The position numbers and the translations under genes are program-made. Below are positions 1 to 14,700 of a stretch of DNA of 64,000 nucleotides, piece after piece; the first letter of the stretch is position 1; each line of letters starts with the position of its first letter. The stretch comes from Macrostomum lignano (Eukaryota). The DNA is taken from the NCBI GenBank assembly GCA_002269645.1, contig NIVC01002913.1, positions 24,646 through 88,645 on the forward strand, written 5' to 3'. Under the pieces are notes generated by a model. That model ran no database searches. It saw only the letters and a program-made list of their open reading frames with translations, and was not told the origin of the DNA.

Positions 1-821
1 TCACACAACTGTCGTATGGATTGCAACTGGGTTCACACAACTGTCGTATGGATTGCAACTGAGTTCACACACTGTTTTATGTTGGTGTTCTTACAAAAAT
101 TTAGATTTGCTCTGTCAGAAACTACTCGTACTTGCAGAGCAACTAGACTTGTACAGTCTATACAATTATCAGACCTATAATAATAAAACTGTGAAGTTTG
201 CCCAGAGCCCTGTTATCATGCTGCGCCCAAATCGTCAGTGTTATCTCGTGCTAGCAAATTCTATTAAAAGCAGCAGTTACCTAATTGCTATTTATGCATT
301 TTGGCGAATTCTGATAAGTTTAGTCCTGTTTAAACTCATTTTTTGAAAATAAAATTTCTTACTGGCTGGTTTAAGTAGCAAAGTGAGAATTTTATTTTAA
401 AATAAGTTTCAATTTATTTATATATTTAAATGAGTTCCGAGTTAAGTTAATTTGCTGTCCCAATTTTTGATGAGGCTAAAATAGCGCAAGCCAAATTTTA
501 ATGCAATTATTCAGTTGGTCATGCAAATTTAATTATCTTAATTGATCAGTGGCGCTAGAATAAAAACTTCCTTGACTTTTAGCAAAGTAAAACGATTGTG
601 TTCTTTACCTGGGTGGCAACGTATGGCTCTTAACAATATTGAATTATTGATTTGACATTTCTCGTCAATTTAGTTACGATGGGCATATTTTGAGAACGGA
701 AGAAGCCATTTCGTTCTCGTTCAAGTATCTAACACAAGTAATTCTGCCTTTTTTAGATATTGAAACTTTTTAAGAAAAAGTAAGATAGTAGAATTTCTCC
801 CTTTTATCAGCACTTTCGATA

Positions 822-1200
822 GGGACAGCTGAAGCAGAAGGCCGCTGCACTCGAAAACCGTGCAGATTTCGCTGCGAACTGCACTGGCGAGGTGGGAAGT
901 TTCCAGTTCTTCAGCACTGAATTCCCAATATCTCACCTGCTGGACTCCCGAATTGCAGATGCAGCCAGCAGGTGTTTTGTCCGAGCTGCGCTCACAAGTT
1001 TATCAAGCTGCTTTTTCATGAACTGCTGCCGGAGACCGGCAAGCAAGCAAAGTTGCGGCGAAATTGCAGCTGCTCCTGTCTCTGCAGTGTTTTGTCTGGA
1101 CGGATTTGTCTATGGCCAAACCCCAGTCAGCGCTGTGCAGAAAAACGAATCATTGGAAGTTCAGTTGAGATATCGGGAGTTCAGTGCTGAAAAATTTCAG
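822..1200. mobile_element. Foldback/long-TIR non-coding element, copy A (family shared with 28520-29455)
   Basis: 822-1140 is a close reverse complement of 29135-29455. A degenerate inverted copy of 900-950 sits at about 1153-1195. No credible ORF. Confidence 0.7.
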
Positions 1201-1919
1201 CGGCGTTCTACTTGAGTTTTCTGTACAAAGCAAATTATAACCAATTTGTTCACCTTTTCTGCATATCCTGACTTTCAGTCGGTTATGTGTCATCACTCCC
1301 GCTTCTACTCGTAATTACAGGTTCTGGAATTTTTAACAAAAGCTTTAAAACAGGAAAAAATCATAGCCTATGTCTAACTCCTACCTCAAATTTTCTTCTG
1401 GCTGGGTTTCCTCCAGTTAAGATAACAACCATTTATCATGGCGATGATCGCAATGTGTATAATTATTAATATGCGACATGTAAAGCAACATCATTTGTGT
1501 GCTTTTGCCATGCTAAGTTAGAAAACGGAGACATCCAAAGCTGAGATCCTATAGAGCAGAGACGGCTTGGGCCATAGACAACACAGATTTCTGACTGAGA
1601 AACTCGACTGAGAGATCAGCAAGCCTAGAATTAAGCATCCAAACTTAGAAAATATGTTTAATCCCCGCTTTGGCCCGGCCAGCTGCCTATCTTCTCTGTG
1701 TATTTCATTTCTTGGACTCCAAGAAATAATTGTCTATGGCTAAAAAACATTATTTAAATGAGTTGAGGCTCCCATCAGGCGTTTCTTGGAGGCCAAGAAA
1801 TAATTGTCTATGGTAGAAACACAAAGATGCTGTTGTACTTTTGAAACAAGACCGGTTTCACAACACTGAATAGCAACAAATGGGGATCGAAAGTGAAAAA
1901 TCTAACTCTCAACTCTTAC

Positions 1920-2140
1920 GGAGACTGATTCGAGTAGCGTCCAGTGTCAGAGGGAGCAACCACGGCCACGGCGTCCTTGACGACGGTTGCCAATGAATGA
2001 CGTCCAATTGAAGAGCGGCTTCAATAGGTCCAGCGTTATCCCCAAGCTTCAGGATGAAATCCAGTAGGTCCGGCGAAATCTCCATATCCGGGGCTTCAAC
2101 AACGACAGCAGCAGAGATGTCACCCATATTCGGTACCAAG
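1920..2140 (-). CDS. Candidate isolated coding exon, unknown product
   Basis: Open frame LVPNMGDISAAVVVEAPDMEISPDLLDFILKLG...WPWLLPLTLDATRISL, bounded on the minus strand by tgtgtgtag| (2141-2142) and |gtaaga (1914-1919). No homology recognised and partner exons not found. Confidence 0.3.
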
Positions 2141-2410
2141 CTACACACAACTGAAGCTTTTCTGATCTTACACAGAATATTCGGCTTTATAGAGCTTTAT
2201 AGCCTTTATAGTCTAGTATATGGCCAAGGCTTAGTCTCATTTCCTCCCGCTGGCTGCGGCAATTAAATATTATAATCCCCACTTGATTTCGTTTCTTTGG
2301 CCTAGGAACGGCTGAGGACTGCGTTTCTAGGCCGAGGCGAGGCCTTAGACTTCTGTTGCTAATTCTAATTAATTACTCTTTCACTTGAGTTTCTGAGTCA
2401 GGAATCTGCG

Positions 2411-3145
2411 TGTTGTCCATGGCCAAAGTATCAACCTATCTGCGTGTTGTCTATGGCTCAACCTATCTGCGTGTTGTCTATGGCCCAACCTGTCAACCTA
2501 TCTGCGCGTTGTCTAATGACCCAACCTATCAACCTATCTGCGCGTTGTCTAATGACCCAACCTATCAACCTATCTGCGTGTTGTCTATGGCCCAACCTGT
2601 CAACCTATCTGCGTGTTGTCTAATGGCCCAACCTATCAACCTATCTGCGCGTTGTCTAATGACCCAACCTATCAACCTATCTGCGTGTTGTCTAATGGCC
2701 CAACCTATCAACCTATCTGCGTGTTGTCTATGGCCCAACCTATCAACCTATCTGCGCGTTGTCTCATGACCCAACCTATCAACCTATCTGCGTGTTGTCT
2801 AATGGCCCAACCTATCAACCTATCTGCGTGTTGTCTAATGGCCCAACCTATCAACCTATCTGCGCGTTGTCTAATGACCCAACCTATCAACCTATCTGCG
2901 TGTTGTCTATGGCCCAACCTGTCAACCTATCTGCGCGTTGTCTAATGGCCCAACCTATCAACCTATCTGCGCGTTGTCTAATGACCCAACCTATCAACCT
3001 ATCTGCGTGTTGTCTATGGCCCAACCTGTCAACCTATCTGCGCGTTGTCTAATGACCCAACATATCAACCTATCTGTGTGTTGTCTATGACCCAACCTAT
3101 CAACCTATCTGTGTTGTCTATGACCCAATCTATCAATCTATCTTT
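2411..3145. repeat. 35/36-bp minisatellite (TGTTGTCTA(A)TGRCCCAACCTATCAACCTATCTGCG), ~20 copies
   Basis: Period 36 read directly (tctgcgcg at 2501 and 2537). It explains the repetitive ORFs 2410-3052. Confidence 0.95.
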
Positions 3146-3439
3146 TGTCGTCTATGGTCCAAACTCTAATTTTATTATACCTATTGAGATTTTACGAACG
3201 TATATTTTGGAGAAATCTAGCTAAATGTATAAGTCATTGTATTTTGGCTGTATAGCTATCTCGTAAAACTGTGTTCACTAGAAAGTTCACAGGCCTATCT
3301 GTTAACCTGTGTTCACTTGAAGGTTGAACGATGAACGTTTGTTAGCCCATACGTGTAAGTGTTTGAGGATGTAATCGGATACTTGGAAGGCCTGTTGAAT
3401 TTGTAACACGCAAAACAGGCCGTGCTGCCCTGCATAGTA

Positions 3440-5240
3440 GAATTAAATATGCACGAGGCCAACTCCTCCGTTGGCGGAGTAAGGGGATAGAACTCCCATC
3501 GCCAGAATTTCATTCCCTGAAATCCATCAGCTAAATCCAATGACACGAATCCCATCGTCCAAATCCTCTCCAAATCCTCTATTAACCTCCCAAAAACCAT
3601 GTTGTTTTACCTGTTAGCAAAAATTGACTGCCTGCCATTGTCCAGACTGAGACTCTCGTCTGTCCCTCTCTCCTCTTTGCTCTCTCATCTCTAATCTCTC
3701 CTATCTCCTCTCTGCTCTCATCTGCTCGTTTATCAATCATTTCTCATCTCATCTCTCATCTCTCATCTCTACTCTCTTATCTCTCCTTTCTGCGCTCTCA
3801 TATCTACTCTCTTCTTTCTCCTCACTACTTTCTCCTCTCTACTTTTTCCTCTCTCCTCTTTTATCTCTTCTCTCTCCTCTCCTTTATCTCCTCTCTGCTC
3901 TCTCATCTCTCCACTTTCTCCCCTCTCCTTTCTCCCTTATCCTCTCGCTTCTCTCTCCTCTCTCTCCCCTCATCTCTACTCATTTATCTCTTCTCTCTCG
4001 TCTTTTGGCTCTACTCCCTCCTGTCTCCTCTTTCTCCTCTCTTACCCCTTCTCCTCTCTCCTCTCAATTCCCTCATCTCTTCTCTCGCCTTTATTCTCTT
4101 TTTCTTTTCTTTAATTTGTCCCTTTTGATTCTCTCTTTTCATGTTCTCTTTCATCTAATTATTTATCTACTCTTTCCTTTTCTCTTTTCTCTATTCCCTT
4201 TCATTTAGCCATTTCATCCTCTCCATGAAACAGATATCATCAAAATCATTTTCGTTAAATGCAATCCAGCGTGTATCATCTCCTTCAAGCTACAATCCAT
4301 CAATTTAAAAAATATTATCTCTATCAAATTTCAGTCACTCAAGACTATGAAACTGAAGTCTATAAAAATATGCTTTTTACTTGTCTAGGTATACGTCAAA
4401 AAATTTAAAAAATCCTCCATAAAACCTCTGATATATCATAGCATGTTTTCCCTGTTTGCAAAAATTGACTGCCATCGTCCAGACTGAGACTCTCTCCTGT
4501 CTCCTCTCTCCTCTTTGCTCCTTTATCTAATCTCTTCTCTCTGCTCTCATCTTCTCTCTCCTCTCTACTCTTACTTTCTTATCAATCACCTCCTATCTCT
4601 CATCTCTCCTCTCTGCGCTCTCTATTTTCTCATCTCTATTCTCTCATCTTTCCCCTCTCCTCTCTACCGTCTCCTGTCTCATCTCTCCTCTCTCTTCTAT
4701 CTCCTCTGTACTCTCTTATCCCTCCTCTCTCCTCCCATCTTTCCTCCCTCCTTTGCTCTCTCATTTTCCTCTCCCCTCCTTTCTTCCCTCTACATTCTCT
4801 TCTCTTCACTTTCCCTCTTCATCATTCCTGCCTCACTCCCCTCTTCTCTCCCCTCTTTCGTCGACGGACTGAAAGCACCGATATAATTAAACCAATTGAA
4901 ATTTGTCACCCGCCTCCTCCATTACTGAAATTACTCAAATGACAGCTGGCTTGAATTTCTGTACGCAACCCCCCTCCAAGTACAATCTTGGCAGAAAGTT
5001 TAAAAGTATGGAAATCGTTTTTTCAATGCTGTGCTTTTTGTTTTCATATTTAAAGCAAATAACTTATATCCCCAAACTCAGCGTTGCAAGATCTTTCCAG
5101 CAATATAAATTCTCTCCTCTCAAAGCTTAAAACTCGAGGAACAGTTAGCGTTTAAACTTCCCGATTTAAAGCATTGAAGTATCTATCGAGTGTACATTCA
5201 CTGCCTGCTAGCTAGTAAGAGGCTCGCAAGTTTATTCATT
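3440..5240. repeat. Old diverged copies of the 1.2-kb array unit plus CT-rich low-complexity blocks
   Basis: 3455-3580 resembles 8200-8345 (gaggccaactcctcc...cattccctgaaatccatcagct). 5000-5240 resembles 6300-6520. Segment 3608-3670 is repeated at 4450-4500. CT-rich tracts at 3655-4210 and 4490-4860. Confidence 0.8.
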
Positions 5241-5749
5241 GAATTAGCTGCCCAGCTAAATACACAGTCTTGAAAGACGCCGATAATAAAACCAATTGAA
5301 TCTCGACACAGTCCTTATCTATCTGTTTACACAGTACATTGCTATGTACACTCAGCCCAAACCAACCCCCCCTATTCCGGGCCGGGGGGAATCATTAAAT
5401 TTTACTTCACCCCCAACACGCGGGGTTTTATTAGCATTGAACCCAGAACACGCGTCACCCACCCCTCCAAAACACAGCGACCCGCGGGAGGAGGTTGGGG
5501 TGGTTGTTTTTACAATTATGCCACTACCCCTCCACTGGAGAGGCAAAGTGGCCAAAGAAGGTTAAGAAAACAGTTTTCTGCTTTTTTAACTGACTTAATT
5601 TTGGAAATTTCAACATTAAAATAGCCTATTTGTTGCGTAGGAAAATTCTGGATTGATATATATAAGTCCCGCATTTGAGTTGCCAGCCGTCTAGGAGGAG
5701 ATACGCGTTAAACCCGGCCGGTCGATCGATCCACTCAGCTTTAGATATA

Positions 5750-8700
5750 ACGAGGCCAACTCCTCCTTCGGAGAAGAAAGGGGAAGAACATCAGCGGAAT
5801 TCCATTCCCTGAACTCCATCAGCGGAATCCCATTTTCCAACACCTCTCCGCGCAACAGAAATCGTCTCCGTGAAACTGAACACTATCGAAATCCTCTCCG
5901 TGAAACTGAACACCATCGAAATATTCTCCGCGAAATAGAAATCCTCTCCGTGAAACTGGACTAAATCGAAATTTCTACGTCAAACAGCCTAGCTCTCAGA
6001 ATTCATTGGTTAGGGTTAGGGTTAGGGTTAGAGCTACACACAGCTGCGTGTTGAAAGGCGCCGTAAAAACATTGAACCAATTAAATTGCGCAACTTATTT
6101 CTCAGGCAGTCAGTATCAGCCTCAGTTAAAGTTAACACAAAGATTGCGCAATCTAAATCAACCCTCCAATACACAGCAACCGACCCCCCTTCCAATACGC
6201 AGTGCAGCTAGAAATTGAACCCCCCCTACTAACTATTGGGGGGGGGGGGTCGGTCGAACCCCCATTGAACTCCAAAATGAGCAAAATCTTTGCAGAAAGC
6301 TAAAAGTATGAAAATCTTTTCTTGAATGCTGTGAATTTAATTTTCATATTTAAAGCAAAAAACTTATATCCCCGAACTCATCGCAGCAAGATCTTTCCAG
6401 CAATATAAGTCTCTCCTCTCTAAGTTCAAAACTCGAGCAACAGTTAGTGTTTGAAACTTTCTGATTTTAAGCATTGAAATATCGAGTGTACGTTCACTGC
6501 CTGCTAAAGATGCTCGCAAGTTTATGCATTAAAATGCACTGAATTTCACTGTGCAAAAAATACACAGGGCTTCCTGTTAAAAAACAGAACACAAATAGTT
6601 GCGCAATTGTCTATAAAGTCAGCCAGTGAGCCAGGGTCCAATTGTACACACGCCGCCAATGAGAACGCGCCCATTCCCCCACAGGAGAGAAAATGCACTG
6701 GCGACATAGGAAAAAGTTGTGGCGTAATCACTCAAAATTCATGCAAATTTTCAGCTCCGAGCAGAAAGAGGGTACAATTAAGATTATCAAAGGTCAGAAT
6801 TGCCGTTTTCTGCTTTTTTAGGGATCTTAAAATGTAAAAATAAAAGATTAAAATAGCCTAAAGCCATCCTCGGAAAATTTGCAGTTTTCCCACATAAGTT
6901 TCAACGCTGACTTGCAAGTATTCTAGGAGGAGTTATCCAACAAACACACACACACACGGACAAACAACGCACCAACTTTAGTATTAACGACGAGGCCAAC
7001 TCCTCCTTCGGAGAAGAAAGGGGAAGAACTCCAATCAGCGGAATTCCATTCCCTGAACTCCATCAGCGGAATCCCATTTTCCAACACCTCTCCGCGCAAC
7101 AGAAATCGTCTCCGTGAAACTGAACACAATCGAAATCCTCTCCGTGAAACTGAACACCATCGAAATATTCTCCGCGAAATAGAAATCCTCTCCGTGAAAC
7201 TGGACTAAATCGAAATTTCTACGTCAAATAGCCCAGCTCTCAGAATTCATTGGTTAGGGTTAGGGTTAGGGTTGACAGCTGCGTGTTGAAAGGCGCCGTA
7301 AAAACATTGAACCAATTAAATTGCGCAACTTATTTCTCAGGCAGTCAGTATCAGCCTCAGTTAAAGTTAACAAAAAGATTGCGCAATCTAAATCAACCCT
7401 CAAATACACAGCAACCGACCCCCCTTCCAATACGCAGTGCAGCTAGAAATTGAACTTCCCCCACCAACTATTGGGGGGTCGGTCGAACCCCCATTGAACT
7501 CCAAAATGAGCACAATCTTTGCAGAAAGCTAAAAGTATGAAAATCTTTTTTTGAATGCTGTGAATTTAATTTTCATATTTAAAGCAAAAAACTTATATCC
7601 CCGAACTCATTGCAGCAAGATCTTTCCAGCAATATAAGTCTCTCCTCTCTAAGTTCAAAACTCGAGCAACAGTTAGTGTTTGAAACTTTCTGATTTTAAG
7701 CATTGAAATATCGAGTGTACGTTCACTGCCTGCTAAAGATGCTCGCAAGTTTATGCATTAAAATGCACTGAATTTCACTGTGCAAAAAATACACAGGGCT
7801 TCCTGTTAAAAAACAGAACACAAATAGTTGCGCAATTGTCTATAAAGTTAGTCAGTGAGCCAGGGTTCAAGTGTACACACGCAGCCACTGAGAACGCGAC
7901 CATCCCCCCACTTGAGAGAAAATACACTGCCAAGATAGAAAAATTTTATGGCGCAATCACTAAAATTGATGCAAATTTTCAGCTCCAAGCAGAAAGAGGG
8001 GACAATTAAGATTATCAAAGGTCAAGACCGCCATTTTCTGCTTTTTTAGGGATCTTAAAAATTGAAAATGAAAGATTAAAATAGCCTAAAGCCATCCTCG
8101 GAAAATTTGCAGTTTTCCCATATAAGTTTCAACGCTGACTTGCAAGTATTCTAGGAGGAGTTATCCAACAAACACACACACACACAGACAAACAACGCAC
8201 CAACTTTAGTATTAAGAGTGGAACTCCTCCTTCGGAGGAGAAAGGGGAAGAACTCCCATCACCGGAATTCCATTCCCTGAAATCCATCAGCTGAAACTCC
8301 ATGACTTGAATCCCATCTTCCAAATCGTCTCCAAATTCTTTACAAAATTTTGAAAGACCATAGCTCAAAGACTCTCACGTCTCTCATATCTCCTCTCTCC
8401 TCTCTTCGCTATTATCGTGACTCTCTTCTCTCTCCTCTCTCTCCTCTCATCTCTACCCCTACTCCCTTATTTATATCTTCTCCCTGGTCTTTCGTCTCTA
8501 CTCTCTCCTGTCTCATTTCTCCCCTCTTTTCTCCTCTCTTCTCTCTCCCCTCTCCTCCCTCATCCCTCATCCTTCATCTCACTCTTTCTTTCTTCTCTAC
8601 TCTCCCCTCTCATCTATTTCCCCTGTACGCTCTTATCCCTCATCTCTATTCTCTCTCCTATCATCTCTCCAAATTCTTTACAAAACCTTTCAAAGACCAT

Positions 8701-11700
8701 AGCTCAAAGACTCTCACGTCTCTCATATCTCCTCTCTCATATCTCTTCCCTCATCTCACTCTTTCTTTCTCCTCTACTCTCCCCTCTCTTCTATTTCCTC
8801 TGTACGCTCTTATCCGTCATCTATTCTCTTTCCTATTATCTCTCTTGTCTCCCTCTGCTATCTCATATCTCCCCTCTCATCTCCTCTCTCCTCTTCTCTT
8901 CTCTCTCCCTCTTCGTTTCCGCCTTACTCCCCTCTTCTCTTCCATCGGTCATGTCTAATCTATCCACTCATTTCTACTCTGTTTTATACCATCTCATGTC
9001 TCTTCTCTTTTTGATCTTCTCTTTACTCTCTTTTATGACTGATTGAAGATGCCAAATCTATCAAGATCCTCTCCGCGAAGCAGAAATCCTCTCCGTGAAA
9101 CTGAAAACCATTGAAATCCTCTCCGCGAAACAGAAATCCTCTCCGTGAAACTGAAAACCATCGAAATTATCTCTTTAAAACTGGACTCAATCGAAATTTT
9201 CTCCGTCAAAAAGAATAAAATATTAGGATTCATTGGTTAGGGTTATTGTTAGGGTTAGGGTTAGGGTTAGAGCTACACACAGCTGCGTGTTTAAATAAAA
9301 AATTGAGCCAATTGAATCAATTGATAGCGCAACCGATTTCAAAGTCAGTCAGTATCAGTCTCAGGTAAAGTGAACAAAAAGATTGCGCAATTTAAATCAA
9401 CCCTCCAGTACACAGAGACCGGCCCCTTTTCAATACGCAGTGGCAGTTAGAAATTGAACCCGGGTGTTGGGGCATTGAACTAAAAATGAGTACAATCTTT
9501 GCAGAAAGCTAAAAGTATGGAAATAGTTTTTGTATGCTGTGTTTTTAGTCTTTATATTTAAAGCAAACAATTTATATCCCCGAACTCAGCGTTGCAAGAT
9601 CTTTCCAGCAATATAAGTCTCTTCTTTCAAAGTTTAAAACTCGAGGAACAGTTAGCGTTTGAAACTGTCTGATTTATAGCATTGAAGTATCGAGTGTACG
9701 TTCACTGCCTGCTTGCAAGTTGATGCATTGAATTTCAATGTCCAACAAATACACAGGACTGCCCATTGAAAGGCAGGAAAACTTATCAGTAGCCATATCA
9801 TTGCGCAATTATCTATACAGTCAGCCAGTGAGCCAGGGTCCAAGTGTACACACGCAGCCACTGAGAACGCTCCCACCCCCCACTGGAAAGAAAATGCACT
9901 GCATAGATAGGGAAAAGTTGTGGCGCAATCACTTGAAATCATGAAATTTTCAGCTCCAAGCAGAAAGAGGGGACAATTAAGATTATCAAAGGTCAAGACC
10001 GCCGTTTTCTGCTTTTTTGAGGATCTTAGAAATTAAAATTTCAGAATTAAAATAGCCTATAGCCGACCTCGGATAATTTCCAATCTTCCCATATAAGTTT
10101 CAACGCTGAGTTGCCACTATTCAAGGAGGAGTTGTCGAAATGACACACACACACACACACACACACAGACAGACAGACAAACAACACGTCAACTTTAGTA
10201 TATATAGACGAGGCCAACTCCTCCTTCGGAGAAGAAAGGGGAAGAACTCCAATCAGCGGAATTCCATTCCCTGAACTCCATAAGCGGAATCCCATTTTCC
10301 AACACCTCTCCGCGCAACAGAAATCGTCTCCGTGAAACTGAACACTATCGAAATCCTCTCCGTGAAACTGAACACCATCGAAATATTCTCCGCGAAATAG
10401 AAATCCTCTCCGTGAAACTGGACTAAATCGAAATTTCTACGTCAAATAGCCCAGCTCTCAGAATTCATTGGTTAGGGTTAGGGTTAGGGTTGACAGCTGC
10501 GTGTTGAAAGGCGCCGTAAAAACATTGAACCAATTAAATTGCGCAACTTATTTCTCAGGCAGTCAGTATCAGCCTCAGTTAAAGTTAACAAAAAGATTGC
10601 GCAATCTAAATCAACCCTCAAATACACAGCAACCGACCCCCCTTCCAATACGCAGTGCAGCTAGAAATTGAACTCCCCCCCACCAACTATTGGGGGTCGG
10701 TCGAACCCCCATTGAACTCCAAAATGAGAACAATCTTTGCAGAAAGCTAAAAGTATGAAAATCTTTTCTTGAATGCTGTGAATTTAATTTTCATATTTAA
10801 AGCAAAAAACTTATATCCCCGAACTCATTGCAGCAAGATCTTTCCAGCAATATAAGTCTCTCCTCTCTAAGTTCAAAACTCGAGCAACAGTTAGTGTTTG
10901 AAACTTTCTGATTTTAAGCATTGAAATATCGAGTGTACGTTCACTGCCTGCTAAAGATGCTCGCAAGTTTATGCATTAAAATGCACTGAATTTCACTGTG
11001 CAAAAAATACACAGGGCTTCCTGTTAAAAAACAGAACACAAATAGTTGCGCAATTGTCTATAAAGTCAGTCAGTGAGCCAGGGTTCAAGTGTACACACGC
11101 AGCCACTGAGAACGCGACCATCCCCCACTTGAGAGAAAATACACTGCCAAGATAGAAAAATTTTATGGCGCAATCACTAAAATTGATGCAAATTTTCAGC
11201 TCCAAGCAGAAAGAGGGGACAATTAAGATTATCAAAGGTCAAGACCGCCATTTTCTGCTTTTTTAGGGATCTTAAAATGTAAAAATAAAAGATTAAAATA
11301 GCCTAAAGCCATCCTCGGAAAATTTGCAGTTTTCCCACATAAGTTTCAACGCTGACTTGCAAGTATTCTAGGAGGTACACAGGGCTTCCTGTTAAAAAAC
11401 AGAACACAAATAGTTGCGCAATTGTCTATAAAGTCAGTCAGTGAGCCAGGGTTCAAGTGTACACACGCAGCCACTGAGAACGCGACCATCCCCCCACTTG
11501 AGAGAAAATACACTGCCAAGATAGAAAAATTTTATGGCGCAATCACTAAAATTGATGCAAATTTTCAGCTCCAAGCAGAAAGAGGGGACAATTAAGATTA
11601 TCAAAGGTCAAGACCGCCATTTTCTGCTTTTTTAGGGATCTTAAAATGTAAAAATAAAAGATTAAAATAGCCTAAAGCCATCCTCGGAAAATTTGCAGTT

Positions 11701-14700
11701 TTTCCACATAAGTTTCAACGCTGACTTGCAAGTATTCTAGGAGGAGTTATCCAACAAACACACACACACACAGACAAACAACGCACCAACTTTATTATTA
11801 ACGAGGCCAACTCCTCCTTCGGAGAAGAAAGGGGAAGAACTCCAATCAGCGGAATTCCATTCCCTGAACTCCATCAGCGGAATCCCATTTTCCAACACCT
11901 CTCCGCGCAACAGAAATCGTCTCCGTGAAACTGAACACTATCGAAATCCTCTCCGTGAAACTGAACACCATCGAAATATTCTCCGCGAAATAGAAATCCT
12001 CTCCGTGAAACTGGACTAAATCGAAATTTCTACGTCAAACAGCCTAGCTCTCAGAATTCATTGGTTAGGGTTAGGGTTAGGGTTAGAGCTACACACAGCT
12101 GCGTGTTGAAAGGCGCCGTAAAAACATTGAACCAATTAAATTGCGCAACTTATTTCTCAGGCAGTCAGTATCAGCCTCAGTTAAAGTTAACAAAAGATTG
12201 CGCAATCTAAATCAACCCTCCAATACACAGCAACCGACCCCCCTTCCAATACGCAGTGCAGCTAGAAATTGAACCCCCCCCACCAACTATTGGGGGGTCG
12301 GTCGAACCCCCATTGAACTCCAAAATGAGAACAATCTTTGCAGAAAGCTAAAAGTATGAAAATCTTTTCTTGAATGCTGTGAATTTAATTTTCATATTTA
12401 AAGCAAAAAACTTATATCCCCGAACTCAGCGCTGCAAGCTCTTTCCAGCAATAAAAGTCTCGTCTCTCAAAGTTAAAAAATCGAGCAACAGTTAGCGTTT
12501 GAAACTTTCTGATTTTAAGCATTGAAATATCGAGTGTACCTTCACTGCCTGCTAAAGATGCTCGCGAGTTTATGCATTAAAATGCACTGAATTTCACTGT
12601 GCAAAAAATACACAGGGCTTCCTGTTAAAAAACAGAACACAAATAGTTGCGCAATTGTCTATAAAGTCAGCCAGTGAGCCAGGGTCCGATTGTACACACG
12701 CCGCTAATGAGAACGCGCCCATTCCCCCACAGGAGAGAAAATGCACTGGCGACATAGGAAAAAGTTGTGGCGTAATCACTCAAAATTTATGCCAATTTTC
12801 AGCTCCGAGCAGAAAAAGTGTCCAGAGAAGGTTAGGAAATCAGATTTCTGCTTTTTTAGGGATCTTAAAATTAAAAATGAAAGATTAAAACAGCCTAAAG
12901 CCGATTCCGGAAAATTTGCAGTATTCCCATATAAGTTTCAACGCTGAGTTGCACGTAGTCTAGGAGGATATCCTACAAACAAACAGACAAACAAACAAAC
13001 AAACAACGCACCAACTTTAGTATTAACGAGGCCAACTCCTCCTTCGGAGAAGAAAGGGGAAGAACTCCAATCAGCGGAATTCCATTCCCTGAACTCCATC
13101 AGCGGAATCCCATTTTCCAACACCTCTCCGCGCAACAGAAATCGTCTCCGTGAAACTGAACACTATCGAAATCCTCTCCGTGAAACTGAACACCATCGAA
13201 ATATTCTCCGCGAAATAGAAATCCTCTCCGTGAAACTGGACTAAATCGAAATTTCTACGTCAAACAGCCTAGCTCTCAGAATTCATTGGTTAGGGTTAGG
13301 GTTAGGGTTAGAGCTACACACAGCTGCGTGTTGAAAGGCGCCGTAAAAACATTGAACCAATTAAATTGCGCAACTTATTTCTCAGGCAGTCAGTATCAGC
13401 CTCAGTTAAAGTTAACACAAAGATTGCGCAATCTAAATCAACCCTCCAATACACAGCAACCGACCCCCTTCCAATACGCAGTGCAGCTAGAAATTGAACC
13501 CCCCCCCAACTATTGGGGGTCGGTCGAACCCCCATTGAACTCCAAAATGAGAACAATCTTTGCAGAAAGCTAAAAGTATGAAAATCTTTTCTTGAATGCT
13601 GTGAATTTAATTTTCATATTTAAAGCAAAAAACTTATATCCCCGAACTCAGCGCTGCAAGCTCTTTCCAGCAATAAAAGTCTCGTCTCTCAAAGTTAAAA
13701 ATCGAGCAACAGTTAGCGTTTGAAACTTTCTGATTTTAAGCATTGAAATATCGAGTGTACCTTCACTGCCTGCTAAAGATGCTCGCGAGTTTATGCATTA
13801 AAATGCACTGAATTTCACTGTGCAAAAAATACACAGGGCTTCCTGTTAAAAAACAGAACACAAATAGTTGCGCAATTGTCTATAAAGTCAGCCAGTGAGC
13901 CAGGGTCCGATTGTACACACGCCGCCAATGAGAACGCGCCCATTCCCCCACAGGAGAGAAAATGCACTGGCGACATAGGAAAAAGTTGTGGCGTAATCAC
14001 TCAAAATTTATGCCAATTTTCAGCTCCGAGCAGAAAAAGTGTCCAGAGAAGGTTAGGAAATCAGATTTCTGCTTTTTTAGGGATCTTAAAATTAAAAAAT
14101 GAAAGATTAAAACAGCCTAAAGCCGATTCCGGAAAATTTGCAGTATTCCCATATAAGTTTCAACGCTGAGTTGCACGTAGTCTAGGAGGAGATATCCTAC
14201 AAACAAACAGACAAACAAACAAACAAACAACGCACCAACTTTAGTATTAAGACGAGGCCAACTCCTCCTTCGGAGAAGAAAGGGGAAGAACTCCAATCAG
14301 CGGAATTCCATTCCCTGAACTCCATCAGCGGAATCCCATTTTCCAACACCTCTCCGCGCAACAGAAATCGTCTCCGTGAAACTGAACACTATCGAAATCC
14401 TCTCCGTGAAACTGAACACCATCGAAATATTCTCCGCGAAATAGAAATCCTCTCCGTGAAACTGGACTAAATCGAAATTTCTACGTCAAATAGCCCAGCT
14501 CTCAGAATTCATTGGTTAGGGTTAGGGTTAGGGTTGACAGCTGCGTGTTGAAAGGCGCCGTAAAAACATTGAACCAATTAAATTGCGCAACTTATTTCTC
14601 AGGCAGTCAGTATCAGCCTCAGTTAAAGTTAACAAAAAGATTGCGCAATCTAAATCAACCCTCAAATACACAGCAACCGACCCCCTTCCAATACGCAGTG

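Noticed and set aside
6010-6031. True telomere or chromosome end
   Set aside because: Only three TTAGGG units per cluster, embedded internally in a larger repeat.
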